A DNA stretch of 64,000 bases. Origin: an uncultured Gemmataceae bacterium. GTDB lineage: Bacteria; Planctomycetota; Planctomycetia; Gemmatales; Gemmataceae. A program made the translations under genes and the position numbers. Location: positions 320,001-384,000 of the forward strand of contig CAVVPN010000004.1 in assembly GCA_963750165.1 (NCBI GenBank), in the 5' to 3' direction. The notes under the pieces are model-generated. The model was not told the DNA's origin. It did no database searches and worked only from the letters and a program-made list of their open reading frames with translations. How positions within the stretch are numbered: the stretch's first letter is position 1; each line of letters begins with the position of its first letter. Shown here piece by piece: positions 50,196 to 61,223 of the stretch.

Positions 50196-51050
50196 TTACT
50201 TTTTGGCCAGGTGCCTGTCCAGGAACGCCACGGCGAGGGCCTGGGCGCTCAGCGCGTGGAACATGTTGAAATTGTCGCGCTCGAAGAACATGTGGTCGCA
50301 GGGGTAAATCTTCTCCTCGACATGGTTCTTCCTGGCCTTGAGGACGGTGCGCAGGTCATAGGCCTCCTTGACCGGCACGATGCTGTCGCGCTCGCCGTGG
50401 ATGATGAGCACCGGCGGCATCTTCTTCACCTCCGGGTGCAGCTCGCGCGGCAGGCCGCCGAACAACTCGACCACCGCGGACACGCCGAGGTCCGGTTCCG
50501 TCACCGCCGTGGACACAGCCACGAAGCCGCCCAGCGAAAAGCCCACCAAAGCGACGCGCTCGCCATCAATGTTGGGCTGGCGCCGCGCGAACTTGACGCC
50601 ATCGCTCGCCGCCGCCATCCAGTGGCGGAACAGAGTGCGGATTTCCTCGATGCGCGCCGCCTTGCCGCCGCCGACCAGCATCGTCTTGATGTCCGTCTCC
50701 AGCGCCTTCACGTCGTCGCTGTCGCGGCGGGTGCGATCGAAGTAGTGAACGAAATAGACGGCGTAGCCCCGTTCCGCCAGGTTCCGGGCCACCAGGTCGT
50801 ACTTGTCGGCGAACCGATCCAGGCCGCCCAGACCCTCCACGCCGTGCAGCAGCACCAGGGCCGGGTGCTTGCCGGCCTTGGTCGGCTCGTAGATCCACAC
50901 GCCGACGTTCTGGCCGGCCGAGGCGAAGGTCGTGACTGTCTTGGTGCTGGCCGGTGTCTTCGACTGCGCGGTAGCGGGTTCGGTGAACGCCAAAGCGAGA
51001 GTCAGGGCGCCGCACAGTGCGGCCGCCTGGTAATGCGTGGTGTGTAACAT
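50196..51050 (-). CDS. Secreted alpha/beta hydrolase (dienelactone hydrolase family)
   Basis: LLHG, GFSLGG, IHGERDSIVP, DHMF. Confidence 0.85.
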   Translation of the reverse strand: MLHTTHYQAAALCGALTLALAFTEPATAQSKTPASTKTVTTFASAGQNVGVWIYEPTKAGKHPALVLLHGVEGLGGLDRFADKYDLVARNLAERGYAVYFVHYFDRTRRDSDDVKALETDIKTMLVGGGKAARIEEIRTLFRHWMAAASDGVKFARRQPNIDGERVALVGFSLGGFVAVSTAVTEPDLGVSAVVELFGGLPRELHPEVKKMPPVLIIHGERDSIVPVKEAYDLRTVLKARKNHVEEKIYPCDHMFFERDNFNMFHALSAQALAVAFLDRHLAKK

Positions 51051-51132
51051 GCTCCGGTCTCCGAGGCTGGGGCGCGATCTCTCCTCTTTAGTATACACGG
51101 GTAATCTGACAGCGCCCTGGCGATTCTGGTTT

Positions 51133-51202
51133 CTGGTCGGAGCCCGAGCGCCAGCGCGGGGCCAAGCAGGCCCCCCCGCGCTGGTGCTCGGGCTCCGACC
51201 AG
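51133..51202. repeat. REP family B inverted pair
   Basis: Arms match 23434-23496. Confidence 0.85.
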
Positions 51203-51406
51203 TGAGGTTGCCGGTTGCGGAACGGCTGCTCAGTCGGCAGCGCCGCCGCAGTTTACCCGGTTTATTTTGCCGATCATCGCGGGGCGCTCTTCCGCGCCTG
51301 GCTCGACGCCGCCTTCACCGACTGCCCCGAGTTGTTCCCCAAGGCCTGCGCCGCTTCGGCGTCCCCTTCTGGGCCATCGCCACGTCTTCGGCAAAGACCA
51401 CTCATA

Positions 51407-51484
51407 TTACCCCGGCAGCTAACATGGTCGCGTAGGACGGCTCTCCAGAGCCGTCCTACGTGACCATGTTAGCTGCCGGGGTAA
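51407..51484. repeat. 78-bp near-perfect palindrome containing a GTAG-type REP
   Basis: TTACCCCGGCAGCTAACATGGTC-GCGTAGGACGGCTCTCCAGAGCCGTCCTACGT-GACCATGTTAGCTGCCGGGGTAA. Confidence 0.9.
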
Positions 51485-51511
51485 GACTTCAGAAGCAACG
51501 GCACGTACGTC

Positions 51512-52624
51512 TCAGCCCCTGTCCTTGCTTTCAAGTCCCGTGGGCCCGCACTGCGCCCGCCAGCGCAGCCAGTGGTCCGCGAGCACCAGCGCCACCATCG
51601 CCTCGCCCATCGGCACGAAGCGCGGCAGCAGGCACGGGTCGTGCCGGCCGCGCGTGGCGATGGTCGTCGGCTCGCCGGCGCGGGTGACGGTGCGCTGCGG
51701 CCGCGGCAGGCTGCTGGTCGGCTTGATCGCCACGCGGCAGACGATCGGCTCACCGCTGCTGATGCCGCCGAGCATGCCACCGTGGCGATTGGTCTCGGTG
51801 CCGATGCGGCCCGCCTTCGGCACAAACGCATCATTGTTTTCGCTGCCGCGCAGCCGCGCCACGGCGAAACCCGCTCCATACTCGAACGCCGTCACCGCCG
51901 GCAGCGACAGCAGCGCCTTCGCCAGGTCCGCTTTCAGCTTGTCGAACACCGGTTCGCCGAGCCCCGCCGGCACGCCCGTCGCCACCAGCTCGCAGACGCC
52001 GCCGATGGAGTCCTGGTCCTTGCGCACCGCCTCGATCAACGCGATCATCGCCGCCGCCTTCGCCGCGTCCGGGCAGCGCACCGGCGTCGCCTCCACCTGC
52101 TCCAGCGTCACCGTCGTCGGGTCGGCGACCTCCGCGATCACGTCGCCGACCTGCTTGACGTAGCCGACGATGCCGACGCCGTGCTGCCGCAACAGCTTTT
52201 TCGCCACGGCCCCGGCGGCGACGCGGCAGATCGTTTCGCGAGCGCTGGAGCGGCCGCCGCCACGGTAGTCGCGGTGACCGTACTTCGCGTCGAAGGTGAA
52301 GTCGGCGTGACCGGGCCGGTATCTGTCCTGGATGTCGCTGTAGTCGTGGCTGCGCTGGTCGGTGTTGCGGAACAGGATGCCGATGGAGGTGCCGTCGGTC
52401 TTGCCCTCGAAAACGCCGGACCAGATTTCCGGCTCGTCCTCCTCCTGGCGCTGCGTGACGATCTTCGACTGCCCCGGCCGGCGGCGGCGTAGGTCCGGCA
52501 GCAAATCCTCGACGCCCAGCGGCAGCCCCGGCGGACAGCCGTCGATGATGGCGAGGTAGCCGGGGCCATGGCTGACGCCCGCGGTGGTGACGCGAAACAG
52601 TTCGCCGAAGCTGTTGCCTGGCAT
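51512..52624 (-). CDS. aroC: Chorismate synthase
   Basis: [43 protein letters not shown]. Confidence 0.97.
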   Translation of the reverse strand: MPGNSFGELFRVTTAGVSHGPGYLAIIDGCPPGLPLGVEDLLPDLRRRRPGQSKIVTQRQEEDEPEIWSGVFEGKTDGTSIGILFRNTDQRSHDYSDIQDRYRPGHADFTFDAKYGHRDYRGGGRSSARETICRVAAGAVAKKLLRQHGVGIVGYVKQVGDVIAEVADPTTVTLEQVEATPVRCPDAAKAAAMIALIEAVRKDQDSIGGVCELVATGVPAGLGEPVFDKLKADLAKALLSLPAVTAFEYGAGFAVARLRGSENNDAFVPKAGRIGTETNRHGGMLGGISSGEPIVCRVAIKPTSSLPRPQRTVTRAGEPTTIATRGRHDPCLLPRFVPMGEAMVALVLADHWLRWRAQCGPTGLESKDRG

Positions 52625-52819
52625 GGCGCGGTCCCGTGGTGCGACGAGCGGCGCCGCGGCGCCGGCACCGTCATCATATCCCGCCGGGTCGCCGCGTGCG
52701 ATTCTTCTCTCCCCACCCCAACCCTCCCCCACCAGGGGGAGGGAGTCAAGCCCGTTGCTGGCCGCCGCCGGACGTGGTACAACAGCACGGTCATCGTCAC
52801 CGCCCTCGGAGAAATTCCC

Positions 52820-53311
52820 ATGCGTTGCACTGTTGCCATCCTGCTCGGCCTGACACTGCTGGCCGGCACCGGCTTGCCGCAGGCCGGCAAGGACAAGGAA
52901 GTCAAGCGCTTCGGCATCCTGCTGGACACCGGCCGGTTCCCCCAGGAAAAGCCGGAGCAGGCCCTGAGTTCGGTCGTCAAGGCGATTCAGTTGAAGCAGA
53001 TCGACTACCTGCTGGCGCACCTGGCGGACCCGAAGTTCGTCGATCACAAGGTGGACGAACTGAAGAAACAGTTCGGCGGCGGCAAGGAGGAGGCACGCGC
53101 GTACCTGGCGTTCCAGAAGCTGGTCAAGATCACCGCGGAGCACTTCGACGAGGATCCTGGCAAGGTCAAAGATTTGCAACGCTTCGCCAAGGATGCCACC
53201 TGGCAGGACAACGGCAAGCTGGCGGTCGGCACTCTGAAGAACCTGCCGTCGCGCAAGGTATTCCTGCGGAAAATCGACGGCCGCTGGATGCTGGAGGATC
53301 GTGAGAAGTGA
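52820..53311 (+). CDS. Secreted conserved hypothetical protein
   Basis: Signal peptide; [30 protein letters not shown]. Confidence 0.75.
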   Translation: MRCTVAILLGLTLLAGTGLPQAGKDKEVKRFGILLDTGRFPQEKPEQALSSVVKAIQLKQIDYLLAHLADPKFVDHKVDELKKQFGGGKEEARAYLAFQKLVKITAEHFDEDPGKVKDLQRFAKDATWQDNGKLAVGTLKNLPSRKVFLRKIDGRWMLEDREK

Positions 53312-53315
53312 TTCC

Positions 53316-53376
53316 GGCGAGCGGGGTCGCGTCAGTGCCCCGTGTGCGATCACGGGGCGCTGACGCGACCCCGCTC
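53316..53376. repeat. REP family A-like variant inverted pair
   Basis: GAGCGGGGTCGCGTCAGTGCCCCGTG...CACGGGGCGCTGACGCGACCCCGCTC. Confidence 0.75.
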
Positions 53377-53409
53377 ATCAATACCCGAAGTCTCAACCCG
53401 GATGCCACC

Positions 53410-54471
53410 ATGTCCACCCCCACCCCGATCGACCTGCGCAGCGACACCGTGACCCGGCCGACGCCCGCCATGCGCGCGGCGATGCAGTCCGCGGAAGTCG
53501 GCGACGACGTGTTCCACGATGACCCGACCGTGATCCGCCTGGAGGAGCGCGTCGCGGCGCTGCTCGGCAAGGAGGCGGCGCTGTTCGTGCCCTCCGGCAC
53601 CATGTCGAACCAGATTTGCGTCAAGGTCCACACGCAGCCGGGCGACGAACTGTTCTGCGAGACGACCTGTCACATCTACGTCTATGAGGCCGGCGGCCCG
53701 GCGGTGCTGAGCGGCGTCACCTGCCGCACCGTCGAGGGCGATTACGGCATCCTGGACGTGAGCCAGCTGGACGGCAAGATTCGGCCGGACAACGAGCACC
53801 TGGTGCGCAGCCGGCTGGTGTGCCTGGAGAACACGCACAACCGCGGCGGCGGCCGGGTGTATCCGCTGGAGAAAATCCAGGCGATCAGCGGTTGGGCGCG
53901 GCAGAACGGCCTGGCGATGCACCTGGACGGCGCCCGCTTGTGGAACGCCGTGGTCGCGTCGGGCATCGAGGCGAAGGAGTGGGCGGGCTGCTTCGACAGC
54001 GTGTCGGTGTGCTTCAGCAAGGGCCTGGGGGCGCCGGTCGGCTCGGCGCTGGCGGGGCCGCGCGATTTCGTGGCGAAGGCGCGGCGGGTGCGAAAAATGT
54101 TTGGCGGCGGTATGCGGCAGGTGGGCATTCTGGCGGCGGCGGCGCTGCATGCGCTGGACCATCACGTCGCGCGACTGGCCGACGACCACCGCAATGCCCG
54201 GCTCATCGCCCAGGCCATCGCGGACACGCCGGGGCTGGAACTGGACCCGCCGGAGGTGGAAACGAACCTGGTCTGGTTCAACGTCGATCCGACGTGGACG
54301 ACGGCGGCGAAGGTGGCGGCGGCGCTGAAGCAGCAGGGCGTGCTGGTCCACACGTCCGGGCCGCAGACGCTGCGGGCATGTACGCACCTGGACGTGTCGG
54401 CGGCGCAGGCGGCGCGGGTGGCGGAGGTCATCCGCCAGGCGCTGACGCAGCGGGCGCCGGCGCTGGCGTGA
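53410..54471 (+). CDS. ltaE: Low-specificity L-threonine aldolase
   Basis: [40 protein letters not shown]. Confidence 0.93.
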   Translation: MSTPTPIDLRSDTVTRPTPAMRAAMQSAEVGDDVFHDDPTVIRLEERVAALLGKEAALFVPSGTMSNQICVKVHTQPGDELFCETTCHIYVYEAGGPAVLSGVTCRTVEGDYGILDVSQLDGKIRPDNEHLVRSRLVCLENTHNRGGGRVYPLEKIQAISGWARQNGLAMHLDGARLWNAVVASGIEAKEWAGCFDSVSVCFSKGLGAPVGSALAGPRDFVAKARRVRKMFGGGMRQVGILAAAALHALDHHVARLADDHRNARLIAQAIADTPGLELDPPEVETNLVWFNVDPTWTTAAKVAAALKQQGVLVHTSGPQTLRACTHLDVSAAQAARVAEVIRQALTQRAPALA

Positions 54472-54585
54472 CGCGCAACCCCTGCCGCGAGCAACCTTCC
54501 TCACCGGCTCCCGTCCACCGGTGCCGTTTGCCGGACATTCCAACGGTTGATAGAGTGTCAGAATTGCTGGCCGCGGAGGTGGCGG

Positions 54586-55479
54586 ATGGCGACGGCAGCG
54601 CGGCGGGTGGCGGTTCGCGCCGGGGCGGAGGTGCTGGGCACGTTCATCCTGGTGTTCTTCGGCTGCGGGGCGGTCCACAGTGCGGTGCTGACGGGGGCGC
54701 TGGTCGGGCTGTGGCAGGTGGCGATCGTCTGGGGCGTGGCCATCATGCTCGCTATCTACGTCGTGGGCAACGTCAGCGGCGCCCACATCAACCCGGCGAT
54801 TACGGTGGCGCTGGCGCTGTGGCGGCGCTTCCCGTGGGGCGAGGTGCCGGTTTACGTGCTGAGCCAGCTGCTCGGCGCGGCGCTGGCGGCGATGGTGCTG
54901 TTCGGGCTGTACGGGCCGTACCTGGCCGAGCGCGAGCGGCGGCAGGAGGTGGTCCGCGGCCAGCCCGGCAGCGAAATCACGGCCATGTGCTACGGCGAAT
55001 ACTTCCCCAACCCGGGCGCAGTCTCCACCGACATCCGACCCAGGCCCAGACCCGAGGACGTGGTCGCCGAGGAGTTGAAACAGTCGTACGCCCTTGTCAG
55101 CCTGGAGGCGGCGTTCCTGGCGGAGGTACTGGGCACGGCGATCCTGGCGCTGGTGGTGTTCGCGCTGACGGACGAGCGCAACCGGGCGGCGCCGCTGAGC
55201 CGGCTGGGGCCGGTGTTCATCGGCCTGACGGTGGCGGTGCTGATCGCGGTGATCGCGCCCTTGACGCAGGCGTGCTTCAACCCGGCGCGCGACCTCGGGC
55301 CGCGGTTGGTGGCGTACTTTGCCGGCTGGGGCGAGATTGCGATTCCGGGGCCGCGGCCGGGCTTCTGGCTGGTGTACCTGGTGGCGCCGGTGGTCGGCGC
55401 TGCCGCCGGCGGCGCGCTGTACACCTGCCTGCTGCAGCCGAACCAGCCCGCGGAAAAACCGATCGGTGAGGAAGCATAA
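54586..55479 (+). CDS. MIP family channel (aquaglyceroporin-like)
   Basis: SGAHINPA and NPARDLGPR motifs. Confidence 0.92.
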   Translation: MATAARRVAVRAGAEVLGTFILVFFGCGAVHSAVLTGALVGLWQVAIVWGVAIMLAIYVVGNVSGAHINPAITVALALWRRFPWGEVPVYVLSQLLGAALAAMVLFGLYGPYLAERERRQEVVRGQPGSEITAMCYGEYFPNPGAVSTDIRPRPRPEDVVAEELKQSYALVSLEAAFLAEVLGTAILALVVFALTDERNRAAPLSRLGPVFIGLTVAVLIAVIAPLTQACFNPARDLGPRLVAYFAGWGEIAIPGPRPGFWLVYLVAPVVGAAAGGALYTCLLQPNQPAEKPIGEEA

Positions 55480-55496
55480 CCCAGGGGAGAAGCAAC

Positions 55497-56597
55497 GTGA
55501 ACGGCATGCGGTTCATCATGGTGGGCGGGTTCCTCGGCGCCGGCAAGACGACAACGTTGGCCCGCCTGGCGAAGTTCTATCAACAGCGCGGTCAGCGCGT
55601 CGGCATCGTCACCAACGACCAGGCCCAGGACCTCGTGGACACGCACAACCTGCGCGCGCAGGGGTTGGCCGTGGAGGAAGTCGCCGGCGCCTGCTTCTGC
55701 TGCCGCTTCGACGACCTGATGGGCAAGGTCGAGCAGCTCAACGTCAGCGAGCGGCCGCAGGTGATCCTCGCGGAGCCGGTCGGCAGCTGCACCGACCTGG
55801 TGGCGACGGTCGTGCAGCCGCTGAAAGACCTGTACGGCGAGCGCTTCCGCGTGGCGCCGTACCCGGTGCTGTTCAAGCCCAGCCACGGTCTGAAAATCCT
55901 CAAGGACGAGCCGGCCGCGGGCTTCTCGCCCAAGGCGGCGTACATCTTCCGCAAGCAACTCGAAGAGGCGGACGCCATCCTCATCAACCGCATTGACGAA
56001 CTGCCGCCTACCCAGGTGGACGAACTGGCGGCGCTGGTGGCGCAGCAGTTCCCGGGCGTGCCGGTGCTGCGCGTCTCGGCGAAGACGGGGCAGGGCTTTG
56101 ACGCGCTGACGCAGTTGCTCGACCAGGACGGGGCGTTCGGCCGGCGCATCCTCGACATCGACTACGACACCTACGCCGAGGGCGAGGCCGAGCTCGGCTG
56201 GCTCAACAGCAGCGTCCACGTGCAGGCGCCAGCGCCGTTCGCGCTCGACGAGTTGCTGCTGGCGATCGTGGGCAAACTGCAGGCCGCGTTGCCGGCCGAT
56301 GCGGAGGTGGCGCACCTGAAGGCGATCGGGTTGTGGGAGGGATTTTTCGGCGTCGCGAACCTGGTCAGCAGCAAGACGCGGCCGGAGTTGTCACTGCCGT
56401 CGAACTGCCAGGTGCAGGAGGCGGACGTGATTGTCAACGCCCGGGTGGCGCTGGACCCGGCAGAGTTGCAGAAGCTGGTGGAGGGAACCGTGCGGGCGAT
56501 CTGCCAGGGCCGCGGTATGACGGCGACGATTCACAAGACGCAGAGCTTCCGTCCCGGCCGGCCGACGCCGACGCATCGCTACGCAATGGCGAAGTGA
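55497..56597 (+). CDS. CobW/COG0523-like G3E GTPase (metallochaperone)
   Basis: [26 protein letters not shown]. Confidence 0.88.
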   Translation: MNGMRFIMVGGFLGAGKTTTLARLAKFYQQRGQRVGIVTNDQAQDLVDTHNLRAQGLAVEEVAGACFCCRFDDLMGKVEQLNVSERPQVILAEPVGSCTDLVATVVQPLKDLYGERFRVAPYPVLFKPSHGLKILKDEPAAGFSPKAAYIFRKQLEEADAILINRIDELPPTQVDELAALVAQQFPGVPVLRVSAKTGQGFDALTQLLDQDGAFGRRILDIDYDTYAEGEAELGWLNSSVHVQAPAPFALDELLLAIVGKLQAALPADAEVAHLKAIGLWEGFFGVANLVSSKTRPELSLPSNCQVQEADVIVNARVALDPAELQKLVEGTVRAICQGRGMTATIHKTQSFRPGRPTPTHRYAMAK

Positions 56598-56598
56598 A

Positions 56599-56791
56599 AG
56601 AAACCGCCAAGACGCCAGGGACGCCAAGAAGACCAATTCAAATTCTTTTGTTTTGTCTTCTTGGCGTCCTTGGGAGGCGCCGAACAACAACTTCGTAGGA
56701 CGGCTCTCCAGAGCCGTCCCGACGGCTCTGGAGAGCCGTCCTACTTTTGGAAGTTGTTGTTCGGCGCCTCCTTGGCGTCTTGGCGGTTTCT
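56599..56791. repeat. Nested palindromic element (outer GCCAAG-type IR, middle 21-bp IR, inner GTAG REP doublet)
   Basis: GAAACCGCCAAGACGCCAGGGACGCCAAG ... CTTGGCGTCTTGGCGGTTTC; IR at 56674-56694/56750-56770; REP at 56695-56744. Confidence 0.9.
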
Positions 56792-56796
56792 CCTTT

Positions 56797-57009
56797 TTAA
56801 TATTCGCGGTAGCAGTTGCGGCCGGCGTCGGAGCACGCCTCCAGCGCCGCCGCCTGGCCGTCCGGGCCGACGCCGCTGAACGTGCAGGTGCAGGTGAACT
56901 CGACCTGCCCGGATGCGAAGTCCGGATCTTCCCGGAAATTCTCGCCGTAGACCATCATCGACTTGCACGTCAGAAACATGCAGCGCGGCTTGTTGGTGTT
57001 CTCGGACAT
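56797..57009 (-). CDS. 70-aa Cys-rich protein downstream of the molybdoenzyme operon
   Basis: Six Cys; ATG 33 nt after the FAD subunit stop, same strand. Confidence 0.7.
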   Translation of the reverse strand: MSENTNKPRCMFLTCKSMMVYGENFREDPDFASGQVEFTCTCTFSGVGPDGQAAALEACSDAGRNCYREY

Positions 57010-57042
57010 GAGAGCAATCCCTGGGTGAATGGGTGTAAAGAC

Positions 57043-58053
57043 TCACGACTCCCAGTAGCGCTTCTGGCCCGCGGCGATCAGGATGGCGCGCTTGACGGTC
57101 ACCTCGACCAGCTTGAGCTTGTAGGCGTTCTGGCTGAGCGGCTTGGCGCCGTTCACAGCGGCGCGGCCCGCGGCGGTCGCGGTCGCCTCGGTGACGGCGT
57201 TGCCCTGCAGCGCCTTGGCGGCCGCCTCCGCAATGTGCGGCGTCGGCGCCACCTGGCCCAGCACCACCTTGACGTTCGCGGCGTTGCCGCCGTTCACCTC
57301 GAACGCCACCGACGCCTGCACCAGCGGCCAGTCGCTCGACAACTTCTGCCGCACCTCGTAGCTGGCGCTGACCAGGCCACGCACCGGCACCGTCACCGAC
57401 AGTACCATCTCATTCGGCGCCAGCGTGTGCTCGCGATCCTTCTGGTTGCGCAGCGCGAAGAAGAACTTGGCCATGTCCAGATTGCGGCGGACGCCGTTCG
57501 GGCCCATGATTTCCGCGGTCGCCCCCAGCGCGATCAGGGCGGTGCCCACCGTCGAGGGGGACGCGATCACGCACGGGTGGCCCTGCGTGAAGATGGCGTG
57601 GTAGCGGTTCTCGCCGTCCAGGGCAAAGCAGCGGTTGCCGCCCTTGAGCAAACACTGCACGTGCTCGTCGCGGAAGTACCAGCAGCGGTTGCGCTGGCAC
57701 AGGTTGCCGCCGAGCGTCGCCATGTTGCGAATCTGCGGCCCGGCAATCTCGCCGGCCGCGGACGCCAGCGCCGCGAAACGCTGGCGGATCTGGGCGTTCG
57801 CCGCGATCTCGGCCAGCGTGGCGCCGGCGCCGATCTTGATCCAGCGCGGCGGATTCTGATCATCGACCTGGATGACGTTCAGGCCCTTGATGCCGCCGAG
57901 ACTGACCACCCGGCTCGGCTGGGCGACGTACTCCTTCTGCAGCGCGTGCAGGTCGGTGCCGCCGGCCAGCAGTTCGGTGTTACCCCAGTTCGCTTCGAGG
58001 AGGCCGACGGCCTGTTCCGCCGTGGCCGGGCGAAAGTATGTGAAGTTGCGCAT
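57043..58053 (-). CDS. Xanthine dehydrogenase family FAD-binding subunit (PaoB/YagS-like, with 4Fe-4S insert)
   Basis: AGGTDL, QIRNMATLGGNLCQRNRCWYFR...C...GGNRC, PLSQNAYK. Confidence 0.92.
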   Translation of the reverse strand: MRNFTYFRPATAEQAVGLLEANWGNTELLAGGTDLHALQKEYVAQPSRVVSLGGIKGLNVIQVDDQNPPRWIKIGAGATLAEIAANAQIRQRFAALASAAGEIAGPQIRNMATLGGNLCQRNRCWYFRDEHVQCLLKGGNRCFALDGENRYHAIFTQGHPCVIASPSTVGTALIALGATAEIMGPNGVRRNLDMAKFFFALRNQKDREHTLAPNEMVLSVTVPVRGLVSASYEVRQKLSSDWPLVQASVAFEVNGGNAANVKVVLGQVAPTPHIAEAAAKALQGNAVTEATATAAGRAAVNGAKPLSQNAYKLKLVEVTVKRAILIAAGQKRYWES

Positions 58054-58099
58054 GGTGTGTGCTGTCTCCGTGGAAGTCGGAATCGCTGGGTGCCTTTTT

Positions 58100-58157
58100 C
58101 GTGGGGCAGACCTTCCTGTCTGCCAATCAATCGGCAGACAGGAAGGTCTGCCCCACG
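58100..58157. repeat. GTGG-type REP doublet inside the operon
   Basis: GTGGGGCAGACCTTCCTGTCTGCC...GGCAGACAGGAAGGTCTGCCCCAC. Confidence 0.85.
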
Positions 58158-58161
58158 TTGG

Positions 58162-60347
58162 TTATTTCTTCGCGGCGGCCAGCGCCGCCAGGACGCGCTC
58201 CGGCGTGAACGGTGCCTGCGACACGCGCACGCCAATGGCGTTGAACACGGCGTTGCCGACCGCCGCCAGCGTCGAAACCGTCGGCGGTTCGCCGATGCCG
58301 ATGACGCCGCGCTCCGGCATGTCGTACATGTGGACGATGATGTTCGGCATGTCGTTGATGCCGCCCAGCTTGTAGAACTCCATGTTCGGGTTGACCTGCC
58401 GGCCGGTCGCCCGGTCCATGATGCGCTCCTCGTAGAGCGCGTAGTTGACGCCCATGATGACGCCACCGGCCACCTGCGACTCACAGGCCAGCTTGTTGAT
58501 AATCAGGCCGCAGTCCTGCACCGCCACGAAGCGCGGGCACCGCACCACGCCCGTTTCGATGTCCACGGTCACTTCCGCGATCTGCACACCGCCGACGCCC
58601 TGCATCGACAGCCCCGGCGACCAGTTGCCCGTGCCCTCGACCGCGGCCATCATGCCCAGCTTGGCGCACGCCTGCCGCCAGGGCATGTCCGTGTTGTTGG
58701 CGTTGTTGTGGATCACGCCGACGCGGATTTCCAGCTGGTTCGCCTGCACGTTCAGCGCTGCGCCAGCGCGTTCAGGAAGTTCGTTTTGACGTTGTTGGCC
58801 GCATTCAGCGCCGCCGGCGACACGCCCGGGCAGGTGGTGCTACCGCCCGAACCCGTCGAACGGCCCATCTGGCTCTCGCCGATGCGCACGGTGATGTCGG
58901 GCGGGTTCAGCCCCAGAATCTCGGCGACGATGATCGCCAGCACGGTGCGGTTGGCGGTGCCCAGATCCTGCGTGGACGACTGCACCAGCACCGAGCCGTC
59001 GCCGTGAATGCTCACGCGCACGTCGTTGTTGGGGCCGCCGCCGCCGCCCCAGGTGTGCAGCGCCATGCCGATGCCGTGCTTGATGACGCCCTTGCCCGCG
59101 CCCGGCCGGTGCCATTTGCGGTCCCAGTCCGACAGCTTCCGCGCGATCTCGATCTGCCGCGTGTACAGCGTGTGCCGCATGGCGTTGTAGCTCAGCGGCT
59201 GATTCTTCATCGCGTTGGCGTCATTCGGCGGCAGGTTCCGCAATCGCAGTTCCAGCGGGTTCATGTTCAGCCGCGCCGCCAGGTCGTCCACGGCCGAGTC
59301 GGTCAGGTAGCAGCTCTGCGGGTGACCCGGGGCACGCATGGCCCGGCCGGTCTGCGTGTTTAGCCGCACCACGCGGTGCTTGCGCTTCACGAACGGAACC
59401 TGCACGTAGACGTAGGGCAGCAGGTTGAAGTTCACCGTGTTGCCGCGGCCCGAGCCCGGCGTGCCGTAGCAATCGACCTCGAAGGCGCGGATGGTGCCAT
59501 TCTTCAACGCGCCGATGCGGACGGTGCCGGTCACCGAGGGCCGCAGGCCGCCGACCGTCACCTCCTCGGCGCGGTCGAGCATCAGCTTGACCGGGGCGCG
59601 GGCCTTGCGGGCCAGATGGGCGCAGGCGATGCCCTGGATGTCAGGACCGAACTTGCTGCCGAACCCGCCGCCCATGTAGTGGGTGATGCACTTGACGCGC
59701 GTCGCCGGAATCTTGAAAGCCTGAGCCAGCGCCGCCGCCGTGCCGGGCACCGCCTGCGTCGAGGCATAGACCGTCAGGTTTTCCAGCTTGTCGTCCCAGT
59801 GCGCCACCAGGCCGTGCGATTCCAGACACTGATGGCAGATGACCGGGGCGCTGTAGGTGCCGGTCGCCACGGTGGTGTTCGTGAAGGCGTCGTTGGCGAA
59901 GTTCTGGCCGATGGTCGTTTCGCCGCCGACGGTGACCTGATTGCCCGGCGGTGACACCGTGCTGGGCATCTTCTCGTTGGCCAGGGCGTCCGCCTCGGTG
60001 ACACGGTGCGGCAGCACCTCGTAGGTAACGCGGACGGCGCGGGCGACGTCGTTGGCGTGCTCTTCCGTGTCGGCACAGACGGCGATGACCTCGTCGCCGG
60101 CGAAGTAGACGGTGGCGCCGGCGTTCTTGAGAATGTGGAAGGCACGGTAGCCGGGCACCTTCTCGGCGGCGGCGGTGTCGATGTCCTTGATGCGGGCGTG
60201 GGCGTGCGGGCTGCGCACGATGCGGGCGTGCAGCAACCCTTGCAGGTTGATGTCAAAGCTGTACTTGGCACGGCCGGTGGCCTTGTCGGGGCCGTCCAGG
60301 CGCTGCACCTTGGTGCCGATGACGCGGCGTCGTTGGGGCCATGGCAT
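58162..60347 (-). CDS. Xanthine dehydrogenase family molybdopterin-binding subunit (PaoC/YagR-like); apparent frameshift near 58755
   Basis: KATGRAKY, MGGGFGSK, MRAPG, QDLGT, GSGGS, QVAGGVIMG, GIGEP. Confidence 0.92.
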
Positions 60348-60378
60348 AACTGGATCTCCTCCAGGATGGTGTTCGGTA

Positions 60379-61005
60379 TTAGCGCTCGCGTTTGCGGTTG
60401 CACAGGGCGTAAATGGCGTCGCGCATCTGCTCGTAGGTGCCGCAGCGGCAGATGTTGCCGGCCAGGCCGTGCTCGACCTCCGCGGGCGTCGCCTTCGGGT
60501 TCTGCTCCAGCACCGCCTTCATCGCCACGACGAAGCCGGGCGTGCAGAAGCCGCACTGCTGGGCGTCGTACTGCACGAAGGCCGCCGGCACCGGATCGAG
60601 CTTACCGCCGCCGAGCGACTCGGCGGTGCGAATCTGCTTGCCCTGCGCTTCCAGCGCCAGCATGCTGCACGCATAGACGACCTTGCCGTCGAGCAGGACG
60701 GTGCAGGCGCCGCAGGTGCCGCGATCGCAGACACGCTTGCAGCCGGTCACGTCGAGGTAGTTACGCAGCGCGTCGAGCAGGGTGACGCGCGGCTCGACAC
60801 TGGTGGTCATCTTCTGGCCGTTGACGGTCAGTGTCATCTTGACCGCGTTGGGTCCGATGGCGGGCGTCTGCGGTTGCTGCACAGGCGCGGCCTCGGCGGG
60901 CAGCGTCGGCGTGCCCAGCGCCGTGGCCGCCGCGGCGGCGCCGCCGCCCTTGAGAAACTGGCGGCGCGACACGCCACTGCTGTTTTGGTGTCCCTGGTCG
61001 TGCAT
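60379..61005 (-). CDS. 2Fe-2S subunit with Tat signal (PaoA/YagT-like)
   Basis: SRRQFLK; CDRGTCGAC; QCGFCTPG; CRCG. Confidence 0.93.
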   Translation of the reverse strand: MHDQGHQNSSGVSRRQFLKGGGAAAAATALGTPTLPAEAAPVQQPQTPAIGPNAVKMTLTVNGQKMTTSVEPRVTLLDALRNYLDVTGCKRVCDRGTCGACTVLLDGKVVYACSMLALEAQGKQIRTAESLGGGKLDPVPAAFVQYDAQQCGFCTPGFVVAMKAVLEQNPKATPAEVEHGLAGNICRCGTYEQMRDAIYALCNRKRER

Positions 61006-61223
61006 CGAGTGGACCCTCCCCCTTGGAGTCACGAGGATGAAGTGAAGCAATCGGGGCGTCCCAGGCGCCCGTGGTCCTCCGCTTCAGTGTATGGATAGCG
61101 ATGACGGCGACGATTGTATGGCCCGGAAGGCGCCGGCACAAGCAGTTTCCCGGCCCGTTTATGTTTCGCGCGGGCGGAGAGCGCGCAAAACGTAAACGGG
61201 GTCAGACGGTGCCTGAGTCGCTC

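Noticed and set aside
61194..61207. AAACGGGGTCAGAC as another island boundary motif
   Set aside because: A single partial match with no accompanying repeat or compositional shift.
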